This document shows positions 11,195-22,826 of a stretch of 64,000 nucleotides of DNA, one piece after another. The notes below the pieces were generated by a model that was given only the letters and a program-made list of their open reading frames with translations, did not search any database and was not told the origin of the DNA. The DNA lies in NCBI GenBank assembly GCA_964247055.1, contig OZ176051.1, forward strand, positions 12,400,001 through 12,464,000, given 5' to 3'. Both the position numbers and the translations under genes were made by a program. Within the stretch, counting starts at the first letter, position 1. Each line of letters starts with the position of its first letter. Origin of the DNA: Paragordius varius. Its lineage: Eukaryota; Animalia; Nematomorpha.

Positions 11195-13760
11195 CCAATA
11201 TGAATGAATGAATGAATGACAGCGTAGTTAATATATAACTTTTATGGACTTCATGGACAAATTTTTAGTAGGCTGATCTGTCTGAGGATAAATTGATTGG
11301 AGATTGTAAGGTGAGTGTCATCTGCTAATTGTTTTGACCATCTTTTTCTGGGTCTGCTTGGGCCCAGGATGATTGTTTTCTCGAATTTGTTATTGTGGAT
11401 GACGTGGCCAAAGTAACCTAATCTCCGTTTTATCATTTAAAGTTTTGTAGTCTTAGAATTGATTTTGCGGATCCATGCATTAGTAAGTTTGTCCGTCTAT
11501 TTTTTAGCAAGTAGCATTTTCCGGATTTGCTCAAAAGCTTGTATAATTTTTTGGTCAGTTTCAAACCCAGCTTTCACAGCAGGTTGCGATTGGGAATATT
11601 ATGGTATTTTATATTTTTATTTTGGTAATTTTGTTATTTTTCGTAAATACCATATCTTGCGATATGATTTCATTTAAGTCCTGACTGTGCTGGTTTTCGA
11701 ATTTCAGGTGTTATATTATTTATTATTTTCTTCAGTTCCTAAATATATATAGTGTCTAATGTTTCTATACAGTGTTTGCCCATTTTGATTAAGCATGTGG
11801 CGTCATTTGATATGACTTGCCATGAGATTGGCTCTCAAGATGTAATATTTGCAGAAGGCGTTGTAAATCGTATCGTGTGTCAGCAAAAGGACGGTATCGT
11901 CCGTGTATTTAAAATTATTAATTATTTATCCGCCTAGTTTTACACCGATATGATTCTGAGTATCTAACTTGGACCAGATATGTTCGGTGTAGATGACCCT
12001 TGACGGGCGCCCCTATTTGGAGGAAACCAATCAGAGGTACCGTGTCCTGTTTGAAACATGCCTCAGTGTTGCTTATAAAGATTTTATTTATTATTTGAAT
12101 GAGGCCAGGTGTTGTGCCAATCCGAGGCTTCCCATACTGTGTTATAAATAAGCTTGTCAATTGCTTTTGTGTTATCAATAAAACAGAGATAAAATGGTTT
12201 GTTGTGTCAATTTTCCATGATAAACCTAAGGTTGCAGGTATATGGTGTCTGGAGCCTCTTCCCTTCCGAAAACCATCTTGATTTTGTGAGTCTCAACTTG
12301 GGATAATAATCCAAAATACAATATTTTGAATAATATTTTTGAGACTTGCGATATAAGCGCTATTGTTGGGTAGTTGCTGCATATTATAGGGTTGCCTTTG
12401 AATCGGTATAAGTAGAGATTTGGACCAATTGTTTGACCAGATGTCGGATTGAAAAGTTTTTTGATAAGCAATTGTAAGTGTTTTGAAATGTATAGTAATT
12501 CTATAGGGATGTCGTCATATCCCAAGACTTTGTTGCAAGGAAGGGATTGGATTGCAAGGGCCTCTCTTTATAGGATGAGTGGTTTATCTGTGGGGAGGTT
12601 TTAGGGAGAATGCTTAACGTTTGAGTCACTGTAGAGATTTTTTGTTTCCATCTGTTAATTATATTATATTTTTCAGTATATCCTATTGGAATCAAGTATA
12701 GGGTTTTTGTAAATAATTTTCTTGTCACAATAGTTTGTTTGACTGAGGTGAAATGTTTATACCTTTTTTATTTATATTTTCGATTTCATCGCAAAAATTA
12801 TCGTAATATGCGTTTATATGAATTTCTTGTTGGTTAGCAAACTCTTTATTTAATTTGTTATAAAGCTCTTTTGGGATTGTTTTTGGCTCTATGTCTTTTT
12901 TCGGCAATATCGAGGACAGCTGATAAAAGTTAAGTCATCTTTTTCTTTTGTTTCCAAATTAGAAGTTTTTGTGAAATGGTGTCAATTTTAGTTTTTATAT
13001 AATTCCAGCAGTCATTGGTGTTCGTTTATAGATTCCAGTGATGCAAAGCTGTTAGTTAGTTAGTTCTATTATAAATGTATATTTTTGTTTTTATTGTTAT
13101 TTTTGGCTTAATTTTGGCATTTAGGAGGTTATGATCCGGAACGATTTTTTTCATTATTTTGACCAATAATAATCGATTTTTATTCTTGTCTTTGATCTGG
13201 GCCAATCCTGGTATAGAATTTATTCGGTTAAGAAAAGTAGGAGTTTGATATAAATAAATTGTTAATGATACAAAATGAGTCAAAATTTAGATCAAGAAAA
13301 TCAGAGTATTCATAATTAATTTTCTTACTGGCGTTACGATTGCCCAATCTTTTACCACCGCAAACCCTTAGTATTGAGGAGATCCCAACTTTTTGGATCT
13401 CCTAAAATAATTAGAAATTTTGTTTTTACTTCTGATGTTGCAAATTGTAGATCGGAGTAAAATTTTATTATAGTACCTTCATCTGAAGTGCTTGTAGGTG
13501 CTTAGTGTATGATATTGATATCTATTGGTTGGTAGGGAGGCGTGATATATTTCAGTCAAAATGCGGTTTTTATAAATCCGCGTTATGGCAATTGCTTGGT
13601 CATTAAGAAACCTACGCCATTTTTCACGACGTCCGCGTTACCTGAATGATAAGAACAAAGTCATTATGTATATAAGTACCTTGATCTTTTCAATGGGTAG
13701 TCCATGTATTAAAATGTTTCTATTTACCATGGAATTTGTAATAAGGTTGTGCCCACGGAC
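11195..13760 (-). mobile_element. Decayed RTE (BovB-like) non-LTR retrotransposon: APE endonuclease plus RT
   Basis: Endonuclease remnants RENGVGF, INIIH*APTS..FYSDLQ..IILGD and PDHNLLNAKIKPKI; RT remnant GNPIICSNYPTIALISQVSKILFKIL; C-terminal RRLGYFGHV..PSRPRKRW; 3' (CATT)n microsatellite tail, seen as (gaat)n at ~11200-11220. Confidence 0.85.
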
Positions 13761-14078
13761 ATTTCAGATACCTATATCGTTTTAATTACTTATTAGATTT
13801 GTTATAGGTTTGTTTCTTGGCTCCATGGGATATGTAAAGTTAAATCAGAGGTATGTAAGTGTGGAATATTTATGGATGAATAAAGAGTTTATGTTTACAT
13901 TAATTTAGGATAAAGCCTCCTAGTTGAAAATGTTTAGGGTGAAAAATATCTGTAATGTGATAGATTTAAATTAAGTTATGTTGGTGTTAAGAATTTAAGA
14001 TAAAAATTCGTTTTTCGTTTATCCAAAAAATCGTCAAATAAAATAAAAAAGGTAGGCATGCCAAGCCTCTACCTTTAA

Positions 14079-14552
14079 CACTTGGATGCAACGCATTTAT
14101 TTCAGTCCTGATTCAAATTGGGGTAGTTTGCTACGCCAGACTTGTATAAAATTATATATTTTTAAAAAAATGTAATGAATTAAAACCATGGCAAAAGTTT
14201 GCACTCATATAACATTAATGAACCGAAATATACTAAAAAAATATTAGAAAATACTTGATATTACTTATTCAGAGGCAAAAACCAAAGGTAAAAATATATC
14301 CAACATTACATGTATGTATAACCTAAATGTAAAAATAATGCAAATTATACCACTTTTTCTGTTTATTCCATATAGTTTGATACGGGAACCTTTTCTCCAA
14401 AACTAAATTTTATTTAGATATTTTGATTTTTATATATATTTTTATCAGGATAGAAGCATAAATTTAAATTGGTACCGTTTTTTTCATTAGTTTTATTATA
14501 AATATCAATTTAAATATTGTCTGGGGTATTTAGATACCCCAATTTTGAAGTG
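14079..14552. mobile_element. piggyBac-like MITE (TTAA TSD, CACTT...AAGTG ends)
   Basis: TTAA at 14075-14078 and 14553-14556. The internal sequence is homologous to 30007-30414 (atcaggatagaagcataaatttaaattgg; ctggggtatttagataccccaa). Related right ends (aaactacccc..catgaa(g/a)tgttaa) occur at ~11018 and ~53029. Confidence 0.65.
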
Positions 14553-14672
14553 TTAAATGAAAATATAGGTAAAAAAATAGGGTAACTAATAAAAAGGAAA
14601 AAAAGAACGGTTGTAAAATTCGACTAATAACGCGGCCATTCACGGTTTTGCAGGCATTGAAAGAATCTAAAG

Positions 14673-15336
14673 AAGTGGTTCTCAAAAGAAGGTTGGGGTG
14701 TACAAATTAGAGTGCGTGAAAATTTTGGGACGATTTAAATTTGCGACATACAAGTCGATTATATCTAATACATTCATTTTTAATTAAATAGATTATCAAT
14801 TATTTCTTGTGAAATATGTTCCAAAAACTCTTTGTTTACCTAAATCGTGAATTAAATTTAACCATAAATCTATTTACAGTTAAAACAAACACTCTTCCAA
14901 TAAAAACAGGACATTAGAGCTGAAATATGTTTCAATTATTATAAATCCCTTGGCTAATTTAATTATCGATTTCTAAAGAGGTTATATAGATATATTTTAA
15001 ATATGGAGATCTAACTTAATAAGTTTTTAAAATACTTATATATATAAAAAGCGCATAATCTATATATTATTTTGAATTTTCTTAATTATTTTCCTTATGT
15101 ATATATATATTTATGTGAAACTGGGCTCTCAATCTTGGTTCAAGAAAATTAAAATAAAAGGTTAACTGAGGCTGTCAGGCGCAAATTAACAAGATTTTAT
15201 GATATAAAAAAATATTTTATCAATTGCAGATACAAGGATTTCATAATAAATTCTCCAATTTTGCCGTTGTTTTTTGGGAGGGGAAGGGGGGTGTTTTATT
15301 TGGTGGGCATAAATGAAAAAAAGATAAGCATCTCTG
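14673..15336. mobile_element. hAT-Charlie-like MITE
   Basis: Degenerate (c)agtggttctcaaa ... aaaagataagcatctctg ends; near-perfect 8-bp TSD atctaaag/atccaaag; left end homologous to 47122. Confidence 0.6.
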
Positions 15337-15944
15337 ATCCAAAGCATCATTTGTCGCTCTGCGTTACTCCAACCTTACTCATTTCCTGCCTAATATCTAT
15401 CTTGCTTGTCTGTTTTCTATTAAGTTAGGTATACTGTCCCATATGTACAATATTCCGCCCATCCACCCCTTCTTTAAACTCTTACGCATATGTGTAACCC
15501 ATTATCGGTTTCACACAGTGACAGTCATAAAACCATTACCGTCGTATAAATTTTTATATCTTAATATTCCTATGAAAGACTGACCTTTTCGTGAAGACAT
15601 TAAATGCATAAATTATTATTTTAATCGATTCCAAAGATGTTTGAATAAATTACCCTAATGGCCATAAAAGTGTATTTAAAATTGCCCTTATCATATTCAA
15701 TCAAGGAAATATGTTGTAATGTTAAGGAGTTTCTTTTAAAAAACTAATACCTTAATCCATCGCATTAGGAATGGGTGTGAAGTAAAAGGGACCCTTTCAC
15801 ACAATAATTATCATCTAAAATCAAAAACATGATATATATATATATCCAATTAGACGTTTAATAATTTTGGTTAACTACAATAAACCATATTATTGGGTAA
15901 AAGAATTAAATTTTTAAATTACTGGTAGAGAAATTTTAAAAAGG

Positions 15945-16530
15945 ATTTAATTCTACAAGCGTGTCCTTCACTTCAAGTTGGTCCTGGACATATGTTGGTC
16001 CTTGGACACTTCAAGTTGGTCCTTGAACATTTCAAGTTGGTCCTGTGTCTATTTTGTTTTGTTTTTAACTTTTATCAACTAAATCGTATATAATCACCTA
16101 CATTATCGTTTTTAACATATTTTCTTTTATTTAACATAAATTTTAAATCTACAACTTTAATAATTGGGAAACCGTATATCTTTATTAATTTTTTTATTTT
16201 GGATATTTATAAGATTTTGACACGCGATTAAAAATATATAAGTTTTCTGGGTTATTATTTACAATATTTCATTAAAAACATTTAAAAGTTGATAAATTTG
16301 TTAAATTGGAAAAAAATTAGTTTGAAACAAAAAACAGGTTTTAGAACAAAATATTTTTTTAAATGAATAATTGTATAATAAATAAAGAAAATTAGGTTTA
16401 TTAATAAAAAATGCAAAAATTATGGTTAATCAAAATTTATTTAAGGACCAACTTGAAGTGTTCGAGGACCAACTTGCACTGTACAAGGATTAACTTCAAG
16501 TGTTCAAGGACACTCTTGAAGTGCAAATAG
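15945..16530. mobile_element. MITE family D, copy 1, with 21-bp subterminal tandem repeats
   Basis: cttgaacacttcaagttggtc arrays at the left (15961-16045) and inverted at the right (16443-16530); homologous throughout to 56665-57245; left terminus degenerate. Confidence 0.75.
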
Positions 16531-17774
16531 TATATTGAAAAATCGAAAATAACTATTTTAGTATGATTTATTTTTATAAATAAAGAAAATTCATATAATT
16601 ATTTGTGGTTTGTCATATTTGTTTAAATCATTTACGATCAATTTTATATTTTATGGGGTCAAAATTTTAAAAAATGGATGACTTGATAATGGAATAAGTT
16701 TAATAACCACAACAGGGTACAAAATACTGCCCTTGACAAATTAATTTGTGGGTAAAATAACTTTATTTGACAATTAATTGAGAAAATATTGAGCACCCAA
16801 ACTGTACCCAACTTGAAACATGAAAATTTAAACAGGTTGCGCGATCGTATTTCAGAATGGTTACTAATGAATTGAAAATGTAAGTCAAATCTTACAAGTT
16901 TAAACATTTTTTATAAGCGGGTTGATAAAATATATATTGGTAACACATTAAATTATGGAAAAATATAGTAAAAAGATTTATTACGCAAAATATAAAAGGA
17001 TTATACAGGTTTGGAAGCTGAATATAAAGTTTGGTTGTCAATAAAAAAATTTAAAGAAAATGTATGGGTTTGTATGTTTCACATGTAAAATCTATTTTCA
17101 TGCTTTTCGGATTTGGGTATAAAATGTATACAATACTTGTGGTTAAAATTTTATCATTTTAAAAATTTTGGTATCTCTAGTTTTGTTATAGTAGATATAA
17201 TACATGTAAATGGTTTATATGGGTGTCATTTTAACTCTGCTAATATTATTTAATCCTATTTTATGCAATAATTAATATTAAAGAAATAAATTGAACCTAG
17301 ATATTATAGATTAATTAATCATATATAGTTAGTACGTTGACTGCAAGTTTGAAAGATGTTTTGTTTGTCTATATTTTTGCGAAATATATACTTTTTAAAG
17401 ATATTTGGTTGAAGATGATATAATAAAATAAAATTTAATTACACATAAAATATTAGAAGGAAAACAAAATGATACTGTTCCAAATTAAAGGCTTTTAAAA
17501 TAATAAGTATGTTTATATTAGGGTGGCGAATATGTTATTTACAAAGTATTGTGGATGAAAAATAGAAGACTGGATAAGGTACTAAATAATTAATAAATTT
17601 AATTGAAGCAATCAAATTTTAACTAGACTTTCTTAGCCCATTTGCGTCAATATATATTTATGTGCATAGAATACAATTATAAACAATTTTTATCCATATT
17701 TCACATGTTTTACAAATAATTTTAAAATTTAATATTTTAACTTATATTGCAATCAAAAAAAAGTAATTGATGTT

Positions 17775-18659
17775 ATGAAATTTTTTTTTATAATCTTAAA
17801 CACGATTTCAATTATAGGATTTCTTATTGTGATTATATATCTCGGTTTTCATTATAATGGAAAACTTTGGTGGACATCTAAAACATTTGTTTGCTACATA
17901 ATTTTTATAAGTTTGCATGTAATCAATTTCGTGACAAAGATATATGCAAAAACTATTCCACTTAATATATTAATATTTATTCGACAGACAATTTTGGTTC
18001 TTATGGCTATACCCAAATTCATCATTGTAAACGATGTAATGATGAAATGCATTTCGTTCAAGTCGAAGACATTTAGACGTATGCTCGGTTTACCACTTAT
18101 ACCATTGGCAATAGTTGTTTCCACAATAGTGGCCACATTTATACCACCAAAGATATTAAGTATTAAATATAAAAATTTACAAAATCCGATTCTCCAAATA
18201 ATCATTAGGACTCTTTTTCTTACACGTTTTGTATTATGTATCATTTCCGTTATAGCGTTATTATTAGCGGTCATTCTTTTGTTTAAAAAAAAGAGGGCCT
18301 TAAAAAGGGTAGGAAGCATGCCATTAACTAAAGACATTTTAACGAGAATGGAATCAATTCCACACATATCCACTATTAATGTCAAAGCAGGTCGCAATGA
18401 CAGAACAAATAATAATAATATATCGGCAATGACTAAAAATAGGATACAAAGATATCTCCATGCCAAAAAGGACACTACACTTTTGATAGTGTTATCCGTG
18501 GGCTATATAATGAATGCCGTTCTATATTTTTACCTTATTTTCATCTCTTTTAGTAGTAAAAATATAGTGTTATCATTACTATACAATCTGGATATTTTAT
18601 TTGCTATATTACTAGACCCCCAAAAGGAAAATTACGCTAGAAACTTTCAACGCCCATAA
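17775..18659 (+). CDS. Intronless orphan seven-transmembrane (GPCR-like) protein, 294 aa, paralog 2
   Basis: Aligns end to end with 982-1863 (roughly 70% identity by eye, with small in-frame indels). Upstream and downstream flanks are also homologous. Confidence 0.85.
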   Translation: MKFFFIILNTISIIGFLIVIIYLGFHYNGKLWWTSKTFVCYIIFISLHVINFVTKIYAKTIPLNILIFIRQTILVLMAIPKFIIVNDVMMKCISFKSKTFRRMLGLPLIPLAIVVSTIVATFIPPKILSIKYKNLQNPILQIIIRTLFLTRFVLCIISVIALLLAVILLFKKKRALKRVGSMPLTKDILTRMESIPHISTINVKAGRNDRTNNNNISAMTKNRIQRYLHAKKDTTLLIVLSVGYIMNAVLYFYLIFISFSSKNIVLSLLYNLDILFAILLDPQKENYARNFQRP

Positions 18660-21600
18660 AGATCACAAGAATATGAAATTCAATTATAATATTTTAATAA
18701 GAAAAACAAATCTATTTAGATAATATTTTTTAATATATGGAAATTTTTAGTCGATTCAATGTATTTATATTTTTAACCATGTCTTAATTAACACTCAATA
18801 CAACGTTTATGTGGTTTTTAATTCCTAACTCACACCCTGATTTACTGTTTTTTAGTATTTTTGCAGTCCCTAGCTTCTACGTCATATTCCTTTTTATACC
18901 CCCTAAAATAAAAATGCCCTTTTAGGAATTTACCAGTTGCCTCAACCAGAAAATAAGAGTAATGAGGTTAACGATCAATTTAAGTTTTGAAGATGGATTT
19001 GGATATTGAAACCAGAACCAGGTTGTTTTCAAAAATAATTTGAAAAGAAAATATATTTTTGAACAGGTTCTAGGTATATCTATTGTTCTCTATTTATGAA
19101 TCATATTTGACATCAAAAAGTTTTGGGATAATGATTAATAAAATTTAACGGGTTGACAATGTAGAAAAAAAGCTATTTTAGTTTTTCTGCTATTAGCCAT
19201 CAAAAAATCGCATTCTTGTGGCACATTAGGTCGAATAAAATTTATACAACGGAGAAAACGCGCCAATAAAATTTTATTTGAGAATAAAATATATGATTTT
19301 CCTAAACGCAAAATATTATCGATAAAGATTATAAAAAGTTCAGAGGGTCCAGTACAAAAAATAATGCTAAAAAATGCACTTTGTCGTCATATTCGAATCC
19401 AAAAAATTTAAAATGCGGTGTACTACAATAGATTTGATAAAAGAATAAGCATTTTGTGAAAAAATAAATTATTGATTACAATCGATAACTCTAAATTTAT
19501 ACATAATAAATATCTTATTTTAATAACTTAAAAATATTAAAAAAATCCTTTATAAATATCTTATTTTAATAACTTAAAAATATTAAAAAAATCCTTATTC
19601 GACAACTCCCCTAAAATATATTTAACTATTTTATTCTATATTTATGAAAAAACTAATAAACATCAAAATCCAAATTACAAAATTATTATTTATTGAAAAC
19701 ACATAAAACCTCATTGATTTATACTTTTTAGCATTTTGTTATACTTGTTCCAAGATAATAAATTTTAAAATAATTTCCTCAAAAATAATTTTTTTGCCAG
19801 TACTTTAAGAATCGTGCAATAAAAATCTTATCTGGCACTAAAAGTTGGCAATGTATAGGTCGTTAAATACCGTTTCCACATGCTTCAAAAAAAATGAAAA
19901 ACTCTCAACATAATTTTGCCAAAAATTAGTTTTTTCTATGTCTTATAATTTTTCATACATAATTTATCATACACTTGTAATTCTTATCGCGCATCTCGAT
20001 ATTTTTGTGTATATATTAAATAAATTATCCCATTTTAATATATAGTATCAAAAAATCTTATCGTATAACTCTATATTACAAAGCATCTACCATAAATAAA
20101 GCAAGATTGTCTTAAATTACACATAATTTTTAAACCCTAAAGGACACCATAATACTGATGATCATAATTTATTAAAATATATATTTAATTGTATCTAGAT
20201 ATTTTATACCCCCGATTTTCACTGAGCGACAACTAAATTGTTGTCTCATTAAGATTATGATAAAAGCAAAATAATTGATTAGAATTTTTCATTTTTTTCA
20301 GAGAACCACTTATAATTAAAAGTAAAAAATCGCACTTTCGGCCAAGTTTAAATCAAAAATCTTGCAATGAGGCGGTAAAAAATCAAAATTTTTATCTTAT
20401 TTATTAACTTTTATATAGAGTATACCCATTAACCAAAGCGGAAGTAGTGTGTAATTTTGACAAATGCTACAGTATACAATTTGTGATAATTTTTTATTTA
20501 AACATTTTAAGGATTACAACTCCAAATCGTGAGTAATTTAAGCTATTCATTTTTGCTTTTGGCCTAAGCTGCCTAATTTAAAAAACTATGTTGATAAATA
20601 TCTCCATAAAATTCATGGAAAATTATATTTTATAAAAATTGACGGTTTTGTTAATACTATAAGATACTTCCGCTTGGGTGCAGATACTTTCTTTCCCATA
20701 TACATATTGGTTAAACTTAGTAAATAGTAAATTGAAAAATAGTTTATCGTATAATCGCAGCTTTCTTAAATAAAATTAGCGCAAATGTTTGGTTTTTTAA
20801 CGTCTTTCAATGAATTATTTAAAATCTAAAATCTTAATCAATAATGCGTTTAGGAATATCTTTATGGATTAACTAAAATTAAGCCGACCTCTATTGATAC
20901 GAACGGACCTAAATTGTTTTCTAGTACAATAACCACATTTATCATTTCGATATACAGCAAAAATTTAGCTATCGGTTAAAATATAATTTAAAACAATATT
21001 TTTTGATATGAACCATTTATTATTTTTTCGATAACTCCCTTCATTATCAAAGTTCAGCTTGCCAAATTAATTTATCGATTCATTTCAAAATATTTGTAAA
21101 CTTAACGCTGATTTCTAAATCTGGGGTCGCAAGTAATTCATTGTTTCGTAAAATGGATGAATCAGAATGCTTGTGATTGCACATGAGATTATATTTTAAA
21201 TAATATTTTTCTAAAAAACAATCTAAATTGGATTTTGGGGGCGTCCAGGGACCTCTAAAAATTTGTCCCTTTTGCCAACTATTTTGATCACATATGTAAG
21301 TTGTTTTGGGGTCATTAGTATTGTCATTGGTATTTAAGAGTTTATATTCTTTGGATTCAGTAGTATGATCTGTGATAAAAAAAATATAGTAAAATATTTG
21401 TTTATGTGGTTCATATGTTTAAAGCCTAAAGTTTGGAAATCCTTGAGAAAATTGTGTTGTCACAGAATTAGGCTGGTAGAGTTAGTAAACATATTTAAAC
21501 GAGTTGATGGCAATTAAAACATATCAAAACATACCTTTCTAAGTGATTAATGTGTAAAAACGAGCATGATCGATTTAAAAAATTGATGGGTATGTAAACA

Positions 21601-21899
21601 TATAATTAAAATAACAAAATAAAATATAAAATTAAATTATTAGAACTTAAAAACAGTCAGCAACCGGATCTTGAGAAAAAAATATAAAAAACTCCTGTGC
21701 CCTATACTTATAAAATATTTCGCAGTGAACGATATTTGTTAACACAAAATTATTTTTTGTGAAAGTTATTTTTTAACGAGGAATATTTTATATATTTGAT
21801 CTTTGCGATATCATTTTTTAAAACAGGGTACATGGTGTAACTTTAAGAATCAATTTGAAGTTTAAAGTATAATTTAAAAAATCCAAAACTCCTTGGATA

Positions 21900-22375
21900 A
21901 TATGAATTATGTTTCAAAAAATAACGCCAAAATTCAAGTAATGTGAGAAAATCATTATACCTAATTGGCGTTAGACCTACTATAACTTATGCTTGCGAAA
22001 CATGGCAAATAAGTAAAACACAGGAAAATATGCTGGATAATATGGAACAAAGAATGATAAATACATTTAAGCGAACAATCTCTCATGATAAACAATTCCT
22101 ACCAATTTCAAAATATATTCAAATCCGTAGACTTGGCTATTACGGTCACATTCAAAGATTAGATAACGATAATTGGATTAAATATATAACAAACCTTAAG
22201 CCAAACAAACAAAACAGAGTTGGTCGTCCAGCAATAACATGGGACAAAAACAGTACCCAAGACCTACAGGCCAAAAACATAAAAGCCGGGGACTGGTTGA
22301 ACAAAAAATCCTTCAATGCAATGACCAAACACCTAAACCCCGTCACGACGGGATGCCAAGGGACCCCTTGACAAC
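21900..22375 (+). mobile_element. 5'-truncated RTE-like LINE fragment (C-terminal RT region)
   Basis: VRPTITYACETW...IQIRRLGYYGHIQR...RVGRPAITW are hallmark RTE-clade C-terminal motifs. Confidence 0.8.
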
Positions 22376-22826
22376 AGATATCTATCTGCGTTATTCCAAA
22401 ATTAAAATTATATTTGATTGATTTTTTCTATTTATGCCGTATGTGATAAAGAAAAACTATTATATCAACCGTCAATTAGAAATATTGTAATATAAATACT
22501 TTTACTAACAAAGCTGTTTTTATTAGTAACTATGAAAATTGGCTTAATTATATAATTTTGAGACAGCTGGAAAGAACTGGCTATAAAATGGAAATAGAAA
22601 AACATCCTCTGCCGACATGCCTCGTTAAAGCAAGGATTGTTTATTTTATATTATTTACGATATAAATAACTAAAAAAATGATTAAATTATACCCGGTTCG
22701 TTTTGGTTCGTTTGTATTGCAATCTTTTTACTTAATAAACTGAGATTGTATTGGAAAGTGGCCTCTAAGACAACCGAAGTAATATTGTTTAAATCTGATT
22801 GTTTAGCCCTCCATTCAACAAGAGAA

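Noticed and set aside
15961-16530. 21-bp repeat arrays resembling CRISPR or heat-shock elements
   Set aside because: There are no unique spacers or cas genes and the context is eukaryotic. The core is GAA-N3-TTC, whereas an HSE needs GAA-N2-TTC. The arrays are MITE subterminal repeats.
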